DNA of 64,000 nt from a bacterium (GTDB lineage Bacteria; SM23-31), in contig OZ252239.1 of the NCBI GenBank assembly GCA_965249485.1, positions 3,296,001 through 3,360,000 on the forward strand, given 5' to 3'. The notes under the pieces are model-generated. The model saw only the letters and a program-made list of their open reading frames with translations. It was not told the DNA's origin and searched no databases. The translations under genes were made by a program, and so were the position numbers. This document shows positions 41,380 through 51,486 of the stretch, piece by piece. Within the stretch, counting starts at the first letter, position 1. Each line of letters begins with the position of its first letter.

Positions 41380-41859
41380 TTAAACCGTGAATGTTTCCTC
41401 GGAATTCACTTTCGTATTAGCGTCGACTACCAGTTGTCCATCAGGAGACATGCTGACCTTCAGCCATTCAAGTGGTTTCGGCGCAGGTCCACCAGTCACA
41501 TTACCGACTGAATCAAATATAGAACCGTGGCATGGGCACAGAAATCCACCCTGAGTCTCTTTGACGATACAGCCTAAATGTGTGCAAATCGCCGACAAAG
41601 CACGGAATCCGTTTTCCTGCCGAACAACATAGACATTCCGCTCAGGAATAACTTTGTAGGTATTATTTTGGAAATCGGTTGGCAGACCCACCTTGAATAT
41701 ACTCGACGGTTCATTGAACACTTTCGGCAGCGGTAATTGCACGATACCAACGCACGCCATTGCTCCTGCACCGATCAGCGATCCGACTGCCATTTTTTCC
41801 AGAAAATCCCGTCTGTCGACAACATTCTTTTCATCATTGTGTGAATTATGTTTCGTCAT
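41380..41859 (-). CDS. Rieske [2Fe-2S] protein
   Basis: DRRDFL Tat-like anchor; CTHLGC and CPCHGS boxes; GGPAPKPL. Confidence 0.93.
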   Translation of the reverse strand: MTKHNSHNDEKNVVDRRDFLEKMAVGSLIGAGAMACVGIVQLPLPKVFNEPSSIFKVGLPTDFQNNTYKVIPERNVYVVRQENGFRALSAICTHLGCIVKETQGGFLCPCHGSIFDSVGNVTGGPAPKPLEWLKVSMSPDGQLVVDANTKVNSEETFTV

Positions 41860-43735
41860 TGACAAAGACCTCCCTGAATGTAAATTTTTCCATGGTGATT
41901 GCATCAACCGGACAGCGCTCGGCGCAGAGTCCCCACCTGATGCAAATTGTTTCATCTTTAATAATTGCACCAACCGTGTCGTGAGGTATCTCTTTGTATC
42001 GTGCAAGTATGAGTTTTTCAAGTTCTGGATTGCCGTTAATCGAATCAACAGGGATCAGCTTCAGACACGATTCCGGGCAGACATCTGCACACCCTCCACA
42101 GAGAATACACCGCTCGGAATTAAATATGGTGTTAACGTTACAATTGAAGCAGCGGGCAGCCTGACATACACTCTGATCGGTCGTGAATCCCTTTTCGACT
42201 ACCGAGTTCATTGATTGTTTTCGTTCTTCAGGAGAAAGTGCAGGAACACCAACACGTGGCAATTGTTCATAGTCACTCTCTCTTTTGTAATCTTGTATCT
42301 CCGAATGCTCGACAACTGTCAAGATAGGAACCTGTTTTCCTGTCCGATAGGTGTATATTTTTCGGGCAGCCTCTTTCCCGTTTGCGATGGCATCGATCAT
42401 CAAACCCGGTCCAAGGGCAACGTCACCTGCTGCAAATACGCCTTCTGCTTCTGTCTGTGTGGATGAAGGATCGAGTTTTAATTGTTTGCGTTCGTTTAAA
42501 GTGACATCGTCAGAATCGATAAAACTCAGATCAGTAGCCTGGCCGATAGAAAGAATTACGGTACCTGCTTCAATATTTATTATTTGTTTTTCATCAAATT
42601 TGGGAGCAAATTTTTTGTTCTCGTCAAAAACCGATAGACAGCGAATAAACCGTACGCCTATGACTGCGCCGGTATCGTCTATCAGAATTTCTGTTGGCCC
42701 GAGAGAGTTGTGCCTGACAACTCCTTCCTCTTCTCCCTCTTCAATCTCAACTGTATCGGCAGGCATTTCTTCAAACGATTCGAGACATGTGAGATGAACT
42801 TCTTTCACTCCCATCTGACGAAGAGCCGTTCTCGACACATCATTTTCAGTCTGTCGTACAACGGTGCGGGCAACGTCATAAGCGACATTGCCGCCGCCGA
42901 TGACTACAATCCTTTCTCCGAGGTCGACCTCTTCATGCAGTGCAACATCTCGTAGAAAGTCGACTCCCCCCAGCACACCTTTCGCATCGACATTCGGGAT
43001 AGGAATCATGCGGGATTTTTTTGCCCCGACTGATATCAGAATTGCATCGTGAATGTTACGAAGTTCTTTAAATGAAATATCTTTACCAACCTGTGTGTTG
43101 CATTTAATCTCGGTACCTAACGCCTTGATCACTTCAACTTCGGCTTCGATCAGATCCCGCGGCAGCCGGTATTCCGGAACACCAAGATAAAGCATACCTG
43201 CGGGGACTGGCTCCATTTCATAAATGACCGGTTTTATGCCCATCAAACATAGATCGTGTGCAGCAGCCAATCCTGCCGGACCTGAACCGATAATTCCGAC
43301 ACTCTGTGCATCATCCGGTATTGTGTATTCTGTATTTTTAAACCGATCGAGATACTGTCCGAAATTTTCGGCACCATCACATTCATACGAGTTGCCAAGT
43401 AGTTTTTTCAAAAAATGAATAAGTCCTGCAGAATACTCCTTCGATTCCGATCCGAACTGTTCGGTTACAAACCGTTTGAGTGCTCGGATGGATACAGCTT
43501 CGTCAAGATCACTCCACCTGCAAGCTGCTTCACATGGAGCTCCGCAAATTCTGCCGCAGATCGATGCAAGAGGATTAGGTGCACGTGCGATAAGGTATGC
43601 CTTTTCAAAATCACCTTCTGCGATTGCTCGGACATATCCCCGTGAATCGGTGTGTACCGGACAGGCATACTGGCATTTAACCTGTTTCTTCCAGTATTCA
43701 TCGTCGGGAACTTCAACTGAAAATGTGTGTTTCAT
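41846..43735 (-). CDS. GltD/SudA-like FAD- and NAD(P)-binding oxidoreductase with N- and C-terminal 4Fe-4S clusters
   Basis: [56 protein letters not shown] and [12 protein letters not shown] (one Cys reads W). Confidence 0.88.
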   Translation of the reverse strand: MKHTFSVEVPDDEYWKKQVKCQYACPVHTDSRGYVRAIAEGDFEKAYLIARAPNPLASICGRICGAPCEAACRWSDLDEAVSIRALKRFVTEQFGSESKEYSAGLIHFLKKLLGNSYECDGAENFGQYLDRFKNTEYTIPDDAQSVGIIGSGPAGLAAAHDLCLMGIKPVIYEMEPVPAGMLYLGVPEYRLPRDLIEAEVEVIKALGTEIKCNTQVGKDISFKELRNIHDAILISVGAKKSRMIPIPNVDAKGVLGGVDFLRDVALHEEVDLGERIVVIGGGNVAYDVARTVVRQTENDVSRTALRQMGVKEVHLTCLESFEEMPADTVEIEEGEEEGVVRHNSLGPTEILIDDTGAVIGVRFIRCLSVFDENKKFAPKFDEKQIINIEAGTVILSIGQATDLSFIDSDDVTLNERKQLKLDPSSTQTEAEGVFAAGDVALGPGLMIDAIANGKEAARKIYTYRTGKQVPILTVVEHSEIQDYKRESDYEQLPRVGVPALSPEERKQSMNSVVEKGFTTDQSVCQAARCFNCNVNTIFNSERCILCGGCADVCPESCLKLIPVDSINGNPELEKLILARYKEIPHDTVGAIIKDETICIRWGLCAERCPVDAITMEKFTFREVFVNDET

Positions 43736-43773
43736 TTTCCACCATTCATAATCACGAAACACTGTTATATATT

Positions 43774-43787
43774 AAGACCTTTTTATC
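43774..43787 (-). promoter_or_regulatory. Candidate Rrf2 operator, copy 2 (GATAAAAAGGTCTT on minus strand)
   Basis: Exact 14-bp match to 44323-44336, ~40 bp upstream of the oxidoreductase ATG, within the imperfect palindrome TAAGA-N10-TCTTA. Confidence 0.6.
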
Positions 43788-43845
43788 TCTTATATATAAA
43801 TAATTTACCTTTACATCTCTGATCCATTGTTGACATTATCACAAA

Positions 43846-44298
43846 TTAGTAAAATAGTGATTCAATCACTTTAGGTATGCGCAGTTTCATATTATCATTG
43901 AGTTCGGCAATCGATTTTGTCAGCATCGATTCAATGATTGTGGATTTAATCTCTGTCCACTTTTCATGAACCGGACAGAGATTTTCCTCCGAACCGCATT
44001 TTTCAAATCCGAGAATACACTTATCAAACGCGTGAAGACCGTCAATGCTGTCAACAACGTCTTTCAAAGTGATTAATTCTGCAGATCGCGCCAGTTTAAA
44101 TCCCCCGTTTGGTCCTTTTACTGAAGCGAGAATTTCTCTTTTAGAAAGTGTTTGCAATATCTTTGCAAGGTACGGCGAAGGTATTTTGAGTTTTTCGGAA
44201 ATTTCCTTAATAGAGTAGAGTGCTTCGGGAGGCTGTAACGACACAAAAACAGTGGCTTGAATACCGTATTCGCAGGATCTACTGAAGAGGAGTGACAT
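43846..44298 (-). CDS. Rrf2 family transcriptional regulator
   Basis: SRSCEYGI, YLAKILQTL, SVKGPNGGF, and C-terminal CILGFEKC...CPVH cluster ligands. Confidence 0.93.
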   Translation of the reverse strand: MSLLFSRSCEYGIQATVFVSLQPPEALYSIKEISEKLKIPSPYLAKILQTLSKREILASVKGPNGGFKLARSAELITLKDVVDSIDGLHAFDKCILGFEKCGSEENLCPVHEKWTEIKSTIIESMLTKSIAELNDNMKLRIPKVIESLFY

Positions 44299-44322
44299 AT
44301 GATACTCCTTTACAAGTATTAG

Positions 44323-44367
44323 AAGACCTTTTTATCAGAATATAATTATAAGAACATTAGAAGTCAA
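44323..44367 (-). promoter_or_regulatory. Sigma70-type promoter of rrf2 followed by candidate operator copy 1
   Basis: TTGACT (44367-44362), 17-bp spacer, TATATT (44344-44339), then GATAAAAAGGTCTT (44336-44323) over the expected transcription start. Confidence 0.6.
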
Positions 44368-45306
44368 GAAAAAAGTGATAAAAATGAGTTTTAATGGGGG
44401 CGAAAGAAATCCACGATGAAGTCCTGCTGCTCGTGCCGCTGCACAAGCCTGCTCTATTTCTTCCTCGGATGCCTGCCGTGAAAGCTCTGAAAACGATCCG
44501 GCTTTAAAACAGGGATAGTATTGACCCATAATATTGATATAGGAATTCTTGCTGAGATGATATGCAACGAATTGGACTATTATATCTGTTTTTGCAAGAT
44601 CATGCGGCATTACCAGATGGCGGATAAGCATGCCTCGTTCAGCTATTCCCTCTGAATTGAAATGAAGGTCGCCAACCTGACGGTGCATCTCCTTGAGTGC
44701 ATCGAACAACCTATCGGGATAATCAGGAGCCTGAGTATATTTTTCGCTTGACGCCTCCTCCGGAAATTTCATATCTGGCATATATATGTCAATGATTCCA
44801 TTGAGATATCGGAGTGTCTCTACCGAATCGTATCCGGAGGAATTATAAACCAGTGGAACGTAAAGACCACGTTCTGCAGCAATCGCAACAGCTCGGACAA
44901 TTTGTGGCACATAGTGTGTCGGTGTCGCAAAATTTATGTTGTGACATCCGAGAGATTGGAGAGAAAGCATTGTTTTCGCAAATTCTTCGGTAGTAATATG
45001 CTTCCCTTCTCCAAGATGGCTGATAGTATAATTTTGACAGAAGATACCTTGGAGGTTACAATACGTAAAGAAGATTGTGCCCAATCCGTTATGTCCTACA
45101 AGAGGTGGTTCTTCACCAAAATGAGGAAATGCACTCGATAGTATAATATCTGCTGGCGCGTTGCAAATTCCGGTTTCTCCATTGATTCGGTTGATTCGGC
45201 ACTCATGGGGGCAAACGGCGCATTCTTCAAGGAGTGATTCAAGCACTACTGCACGTTGATAGAGTTCACCAGTCCGTGATAATGTCAGATAGCCAGGTTC
45301 AAACAT
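44335..45306 (-). CDS. PflX-like radical SAM protein, probably inactivated
   Basis: CAVCPHEC, HFGEEPPL, GCHNINF, DIYMPDMK and LIRHLVMP. The radical SAM motif reads CNLQGIFC, missing the second Cys. Confidence 0.8.
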   Translation of the reverse strand: MFEPGYLTLSRTGELYQRAVVLESLLEECAVCPHECRINRINGETGICNAPADIILSSAFPHFGEEPPLVGHNGLGTIFFTYCNLQGIFCQNYTISHLGEGKHITTEEFAKTMLSLQSLGCHNINFATPTHYVPQIVRAVAIAAERGLYVPLVYNSSGYDSVETLRYLNGIIDIYMPDMKFPEEASSEKYTQAPDYPDRLFDALKEMHRQVGDLHFNSEGIAERGMLIRHLVMPHDLAKTDIIVQFVAYHLSKNSYINIMGQYYPCFKAGSFSELSRQASEEEIEQACAAARAAGLHRGFLSPPLKLIFITFFLTSNVLIIIF

Positions 45307-45493
45307 GAGAATTCTTTTTGCATAGTAATGTGTTTAAAAGTAATTATTCAAATAATAATGGTAATTATTTATACTGTCAACAAGATAATTAATATATGAA
45401 TTGTTGCTATCAGTTATCAGGAACGTTACCTTTCGAATGTTTGTATTTAACTGTACCTTGATTATGGACATCCAACGTTTGAGATATAATGAA

Positions 45494-47671
45494 ATGAAAG
45501 TGTATCGAATAATAATCATGTACACCATTGTGAGTACTTGTATTGGGTGTACTGCTATGTCTGATGAACAATCAGGCCTCAGAAACCATCTCTCCGAATC
45601 ATCAAGCCCTTACCTTCGAAGTGCGGCACATCAACCCGTTTCCTGGCAGGAATGGAGCAATGAAGCACTTGAAACCGCACAGGAAATGGACCGTCTAATT
45701 CTACTCGATATCGGCGCGGTCTGGTGCCACTGGTGCCATGTGATGGACCGTGAATCGTATGAAAATGAGGAGCTTGCAGAATATATTAACAGCAATTTTA
45801 TTGCTATCAAGGTAGACCGTGACGAGCGCCCGGACATTGATAGAAGATATCAAAAATTTATTCAGATTATTTCCGGCCAGGGTGGATGGCCGCTGACCTG
45901 CATTCTGACTCCGGAGGGAAACGTTATTTACGGCGGCACCTATTTTCCTCCCGAAGACCGGGATGGAAGGCCCGGACTGCGAACAGTTCTATCAACTGTA
46001 TTAGAACGTTACACAATGGATCCCGATAACATTGTTAATAATGCCCGAAATTTCGTTTCTTCTCTGGCAGCCTCAGAAACAAAGAAAACAATATCCGGGA
46101 GTTATGACGAATCGATTATCCAATCAATTATCCGCAGTATTGAAAATAACTTTGATGCAGTAAATGGAGGATTCGGTTCCGGTCCTAAATTCCCGAGTGG
46201 TAGTGCAATTGAACTTACACTAGCTCAATACGACAGAACAGGGGATCCTTTTCTGCTCGAAATTGCAGAGAAAACACTCAAGACGATGGCAAATGGCGGC
46301 ATTCACGATCAAATCGGCGGAGGATTTCACCGGTATGCAGTCGACGGCCAATGGCAGGTTCCCCACTTTGAAAAAATGACACCGGTGAATGCCGAGTTAC
46401 TTCAAAATTATCTCCATATGTACCAACGCACAGGAATTGAACAATATAAAGAGGTTGCGGAAAGTATTGTCGAATATTATGAGACAGAAATGTCAGATAG
46501 GAAACTGGGGGGATTTTATGCGCATCAGGATGCTGATGTATCGCTCGAAGATGATGGGAGTTACTTTACATGGTCACTGGCAGAAATAAAAGCAATCCTC
46601 ACGCCCGAAGAGTTGGAAATTATTACTCTCTATTATGGTCTTTCTGAAGAACCCGGAGAAATACGTGAAGCACCTGACCGCAATGTTTTATCTATCGAAT
46701 CATCTGTCGAAACCATCGCGGACAGGCTTAATAAAAAAGCTACACTCGTGCAACAATTGATTCTGTCTGCGGATGACAAAATGCGCACTGTGCGGCACAA
46801 ACGCACCGCTCCATTTATCGACAAAACATTATTTGCTTCTCATAACGGTTTGATGATATCAGCGTATAGCGAAGCATACAGAGTATTAAAAAGACCCGAT
46901 CTGAAAATTTTTGCACTAAAAACTCTGGACACTATCAATGAATCGCTCTATAGTGAAGGAGAGGGTTTTGCCCACTCGTTAAACGAAAATAGCTCCACTG
47001 ATTTCAGACTGCTTACTGATCAAGTGTGGATGATTCATGCACTTCTTGATGGCTTTGAATTATCGGGAGAAATCCGGTATCTTGACCTTGCTCATGATGT
47101 GATGCAGTATGTTCTCAATGAATTCCAGGATCCCGAAGGAGGATTCCAAGACCGTATATCGGATGATGCAGCTACCGATATTCTTTCTATCATTCAAAAG
47201 CCGGTAAACGATTCCCCGACTGCCTCACCTAATGCGGGAGCAATTCTTGCGCTTGATAAGCTCTATAATCTTTCAGATGAACCGGTATACTATGAGGCTT
47301 CCGAGAGAGCATTAGCGGGATTTGCCGGATCCATTGAAGAATCGGGACTGTATGCTGCCGCATATGCCCTGGCTCTTCTCTACCATATTAACACGCCTCC
47401 TCAGGTAGTTATTACCGGAAGTCGTACTGATCCTGCTACAGATGCACTCTATAAAGCGGCAGTCAGCTCTTACAGACCGGGAAAAGCGGTTTATATCTTT
47501 GATTCAGAATCTATTCCAATTGATAGGGTACCGGATATTGTTGGAGCTATGATGTCAGGTAGTAATTCCGGTGATCTACCTGCTGCTTTTGTCTGTGCCG
47601 GAAAGGCATGTGCTCCCCCTACCGGAGATCCGGAACAGTTGAAGGAAATTATAGCAACATTTGGGCGGTGA
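45494..47671 (+). CDS. Thioredoxin domain-containing protein (YyaL / DUF255 / SPATA20 family)
   Basis: SPYL, WCHWCHVM, KVDRDERPDID, GGWPL, GGGFHRYAVD and VPHFEKM. Start uncertain. Confidence 0.9.
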   Translation: MKVYRIIIMYTIVSTCIGCTAMSDEQSGLRNHLSESSSPYLRSAAHQPVSWQEWSNEALETAQEMDRLILLDIGAVWCHWCHVMDRESYENEELAEYINSNFIAIKVDRDERPDIDRRYQKFIQIISGQGGWPLTCILTPEGNVIYGGTYFPPEDRDGRPGLRTVLSTVLERYTMDPDNIVNNARNFVSSLAASETKKTISGSYDESIIQSIIRSIENNFDAVNGGFGSGPKFPSGSAIELTLAQYDRTGDPFLLEIAEKTLKTMANGGIHDQIGGGFHRYAVDGQWQVPHFEKMTPVNAELLQNYLHMYQRTGIEQYKEVAESIVEYYETEMSDRKLGGFYAHQDADVSLEDDGSYFTWSLAEIKAILTPEELEIITLYYGLSEEPGEIREAPDRNVLSIESSVETIADRLNKKATLVQQLILSADDKMRTVRHKRTAPFIDKTLFASHNGLMISAYSEAYRVLKRPDLKIFALKTLDTINESLYSEGEGFAHSLNENSSTDFRLLTDQVWMIHALLDGFELSGEIRYLDLAHDVMQYVLNEFQDPEGGFQDRISDDAATDILSIIQKPVNDSPTASPNAGAILALDKLYNLSDEPVYYEASERALAGFAGSIEESGLYAAAYALALLYHINTPPQVVITGSRTDPATDALYKAAVSSYRPGKAVYIFDSESIPIDRVPDIVGAMMSGSNSGDLPAAFVCAGKACAPPTGDPEQLKEIIATFGR

Positions 47672-47673
47672 TA

Positions 47674-48276
47674 TCAACGATCGGCGTCTTCCAGGATAAT
47701 CTCTTTATAATCCTCTATTGTATTACAGTTTATCAGCATTTTCGGATCGATACTGTTCATGCAGTGTTCGATCGGTATTATCGTTGTAGTACTCTTGTTA
47801 AGGAGAGAATTGAGAGCGTAATCACCACGCTCAAAAAGGAGACGAGTCTGATTCAGTACATCAATATGAAGGAGAGCTGGAAGCGGTTCTATTAGATTAT
47901 TGTGCTGAAAACATGTTGCATCAGCACCATTTGAATATTTGGCAAGAGTGGTACAAAGTTTATAAGAAAAAAATGGTAAATCGCATGGCACAACAAAAAT
48001 CCAGGGAGTGCATGTTGTTTCCAGGGAAGTATAGATACCCGATATCGGCCCTTTACGAGGAACGCGATCTTGTATGACTGGCAAACCTATAAATGAATAG
48101 TCCTCGGGTGAATTTGCAATTACCACTATGTTCCTGAGTATACCTGAAAGCTGATTACATATATCTTTGATCAGTGGTATGCCGCCAACGTGTACCAACG
48201 CTTTATTCGATCCAAACCGCGAGCTTTTACCCCCGGCAAGAACAACCCCGGTAATATTCGTTAGAGATATGCTCAT
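47674..48276 (-). CDS. mobA: Molybdenum cofactor guanylyltransferase
   Basis: VLAGGKSSRFGSNKA, GPISGI, VPCDLP and NCNT motifs. Confidence 0.92.
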   Translation of the reverse strand: MSISLTNITGVVLAGGKSSRFGSNKALVHVGGIPLIKDICNQLSGILRNIVVIANSPEDYSFIGLPVIQDRVPRKGPISGIYTSLETTCTPWIFVVPCDLPFFSYKLCTTLAKYSNGADATCFQHNNLIEPLPALLHIDVLNQTRLLFERGDYALNSLLNKSTTTIIPIEHCMNSIDPKMLINCNTIEDYKEIILEDADR

Positions 48277-48291
48277 ACAAAAAATTTCAAT

Positions 48292-49245
48292 TTATTCTGA
48301 TTTCGCAAGAGCATGGCACATCGTGGTCTGGCTCGCATAGAATAGGCACCGTACCCAAATCCTGCTTATTAAATAGAGTTGTCCAATGATAAATGCGCCG
48401 GCAATGGTAATCCACGAGGAGATGCCTGCACCCGGTACAACCAACCAATACAGAAACATAATGGCAATCCACACTATTCCTAATACCACATAAAGACCGA
48501 AAGTATTGAGAAAATTTGAAAAAACGACCTTGAACGCTTTTTGTATCCCTAGAATCGGTGCAGACACAACATTCGGAACATCATCTAAAACAATCAGAAT
48601 TTTTGCATAATCGAACACTATATTAACACACCACACAATGGTCCAGAATAGTACATATTGAATAACCGTCCAGAGAAAATGTATCCGCTCATCGATGGTT
48701 TCACGATTCATTTCTTCTACAATAAATGCGAGCAGGCCAAAAAACTGCGTAAATAATAAATAATAGAGAATCCACGATATGAATGCTAAAATAAGAAATC
48801 TGGGAAAAAATCGGACTGCTCCCTGAAAAAATAAGCCATTACCACTTTTATTGTTATACGCCACTAAGAGACCAGCAGCAAAAAACGTCCAGAGAATCAG
48901 ATAAGATACTCCCAGAATTACAAAGCCAATATAACCGCCAAAAAGATTTCCGGAGAGGAAAGAATCAAGACCATTAAAAACTGCTCCGATTTGTGTTAAA
49001 GCGGGATTGAAAGCCGATGCAAGGCCGGTTGCCTGAGCTGAATATCCGCTATACCACAATCCGTCAAAACCGTCAAGCATCCTGTCCGCGGCACTGCTCG
49101 ATCCAAACGATTCATACAATCCATCACCAATAGATACTGCGAAAATGAGTGCAAACACTATATTGACACTAAAAACGAGAGCAACAAACCGTTTTGTATG
49201 CAAAACACTTGTAATTCCATTTTTCAATGCAGCTAGTATACTCAT
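48292..49245 (-). CDS. Hypothetical integral membrane protein
   Basis: About 6 TM segments; co-oriented downstream of the M1 peptidase. Confidence 0.7.
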   Translation of the reverse strand: MSILAALKNGITSVLHTKRFVALVFSVNIVFALIFAVSIGDGLYESFGSSSAADRMLDGFDGLWYSGYSAQATGLASAFNPALTQIGAVFNGLDSFLSGNLFGGYIGFVILGVSYLILWTFFAAGLLVAYNNKSGNGLFFQGAVRFFPRFLILAFISWILYYLLFTQFFGLLAFIVEEMNRETIDERIHFLWTVIQYVLFWTIVWCVNIVFDYAKILIVLDDVPNVVSAPILGIQKAFKVVFSNFLNTFGLYVVLGIVWIAIMFLYWLVVPGAGISSWITIAGAFIIGQLYLISRIWVRCLFYASQTTMCHALAKSE

Positions 49246-49320
49246 GAAACCCCCAATAATTTATTGAGTTAATCTTTATTACTGAGATATCGTCCACACA
49301 ATAACACTATTCATTCTACA

Positions 49321-51378
49321 TCACGAAAAATATGAAAAGAATTCAATGAAATTCTGGAGCCACAACATCCACTGCGATGCCCATTTTGTTGAGGCGATCC
49401 CCGCATTTGATTCCTTTACCCACGAATTATTGACAGAATTTATGTCAAGAATTAGCTTTCTTTCCGGATCAATAATCACTTTGCTCACTGGTTCCGGATT
49501 TTCATAATCAAATCTGACCCATCTCTCTTTACCATTCCAGTACTCCGATACGCTGTCACCATTTTCAAACTCAACAAGAATATCTACAGGGAATACTGCC
49601 TCTCCCCACCTCCGTATAAATACTCTGGAATGATATTGTTCAGATACATTTTCATCAGTACTTTTTGAAGGTATTGAATCCGGATTATATAAAATATTCT
49701 CCTCGGATTCATCTGCGCTTTCTTGAAACGATGATGAAGTTACCTTTCCTACACCGTAATCATACACGTCTGCCGAATAGAAAGCATCATCGAAAAACCA
49801 GTTCATGTTCTCATCCGAAAACTCATTTACAATGGCGAAGAAATCCTCCGGCTTGGGATGTTTGAATTTCCACCGGTCAAAAAAGGTCGAAACAATAGTC
49901 CTGAACGAATCCCAACCAAGATAGTTTTCAAGTGTCCTGAGCATCATTGACGGCCTGTTATATGAATTGAGTCCATAACTGCCCGGTCCTGTCATCCAGG
50001 AGTGTTTCGACATCGGATCGAGTTTTAACGGAGAATAGAATCCTGCATTAGCATCGGCACCGTCGAACCGCTCCGGTAATTCAGTACCTGCATAGATAAT
50101 CGGGATAAATCCTTCGAAAATCCTGCTTGTGAGCGGTCGCGGAGGATATATTTCTTTCATCGTGCGTGCCTGAGTATATGAATTAAATCCCTCATCGATC
50201 CAGGCATGTTCAAATTCGTTGTTTGCAACAATTCCGTACCATATTTGATGGCCGTATTCATGAATTGTTACCGATTCGGGAGACCGTGTTTCAAATGGTG
50301 AAAGCCAGCGAGTGCCTCCCGTGAAAAATGTCGGATATTCCATGCCCCCTGAACTAGATTGATATGCCGGGTCCACAATCGTCACATGTCCATACGGGTA
50401 TGCGCCAAACCATTGTCCATAATATTTCAAACCGGCTTTGGTTGATTCAAAATACCGTTCAACTTTATCTGCATGATCCGGCATCAGGAGCAACCGGAGA
50501 TCGACCGGAGGCAGCCCATCCTCTTCAAACCGGTCGGTGTGGACGGACAAATAAGGTGATGTCACCCAGGTAAAATCGTGCACATCTTCCTGATGAAATC
50601 GGTGTGAGGTTGTACCATTATTATTATCTATAGTCTCAATCTCTCTGCCTGTTGCACCGATCGTCCAGCCGGAAGGAATTGTTAATTGTACATCATAGAC
50701 ACCAAAGTCCGCATAAAATTCTGTCTGGATAAATTGGTGACAGTTCCATGTTCCGTCTGCTTCAAATACACCTATTTTCGGGAACCACTGAGCAAGAAAA
50801 AAATAATCGCCCCGTGCACCTGTTCGTGCAAATGGTCTCGGAATTTTGGATTCCCAGACGATTTCAAGACTGATCGTTTCACCGGGGCCAACCGGTCTCG
50901 CTAAAGGCAGTCTGAGAACCGTGCGGTCATCGACATTTCCATCATCAGGACTAAATAACTCCAGATCACCTACTACTTCGGATTCCTGAAAACCGTGATC
51001 TCCGATGATTTTCATTGAGCGAATTTTGCAATAAGCCCAATCGTTATCCCGGTATTCGGAAAATTCGAAGCTGTCCAGATATCGTATAGATTGAAAAAAA
51101 GAGGTGTTTTCCCCGCTCCAGGCATTATAATAGAGATGAAATTGAAGCTCGCTGGTAGGAAACTGTGTAATGTTTCTCCAGGTAAGTATTTCAGTCCCAT
51201 TAATGAGGCGGTTCTCCGTGTCCAGATTGACTACCATTGTATAATTTGCGTTCCGTGGACTCAGCGGTTCACCGCTGCCGGCCTGTGCGTTCGCATTGAT
51301 TGGTGAGACTAAAAAACTCAAAATCGGAACTATCACAAAGAAATATATACTTCTCAGTATTACAGGTATATGTTTCAT
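49321..51378 (-). CDS. Exported M1-family zinc metallopeptidase
   Basis: Signal peptide; GGMEYP and HEYGH-x18-E (WIDEG) motifs. Confidence 0.9.
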   Translation of the reverse strand: MKHIPVILRSIYFFVIVPILSFLVSPINANAQAGSGEPLSPRNANYTMVVNLDTENRLINGTEILTWRNITQFPTSELQFHLYYNAWSGENTSFFQSIRYLDSFEFSEYRDNDWAYCKIRSMKIIGDHGFQESEVVGDLELFSPDDGNVDDRTVLRLPLARPVGPGETISLEIVWESKIPRPFARTGARGDYFFLAQWFPKIGVFEADGTWNCHQFIQTEFYADFGVYDVQLTIPSGWTIGATGREIETIDNNNGTTSHRFHQEDVHDFTWVTSPYLSVHTDRFEEDGLPPVDLRLLLMPDHADKVERYFESTKAGLKYYGQWFGAYPYGHVTIVDPAYQSSSGGMEYPTFFTGGTRWLSPFETRSPESVTIHEYGHQIWYGIVANNEFEHAWIDEGFNSYTQARTMKEIYPPRPLTSRIFEGFIPIIYAGTELPERFDGADANAGFYSPLKLDPMSKHSWMTGPGSYGLNSYNRPSMMLRTLENYLGWDSFRTIVSTFFDRWKFKHPKPEDFFAIVNEFSDENMNWFFDDAFYSADVYDYGVGKVTSSSFQESADESEENILYNPDSIPSKSTDENVSEQYHSRVFIRRWGEAVFPVDILVEFENGDSVSEYWNGKERWVRFDYENPEPVSKVIIDPERKLILDINSVNNSWVKESNAGIASTKWASQWMLWLQNFIEFFSYFS

Positions 51379-51486
51379 GTGCAATTCCCCTATTTTAATT
51401 GAGAACATGTTTGACTTACTAAACATAGAACTATTTTTTCGAAGTTCTGAAGTTTGGATACTTCATCTGATTTATTGAATAAACAT

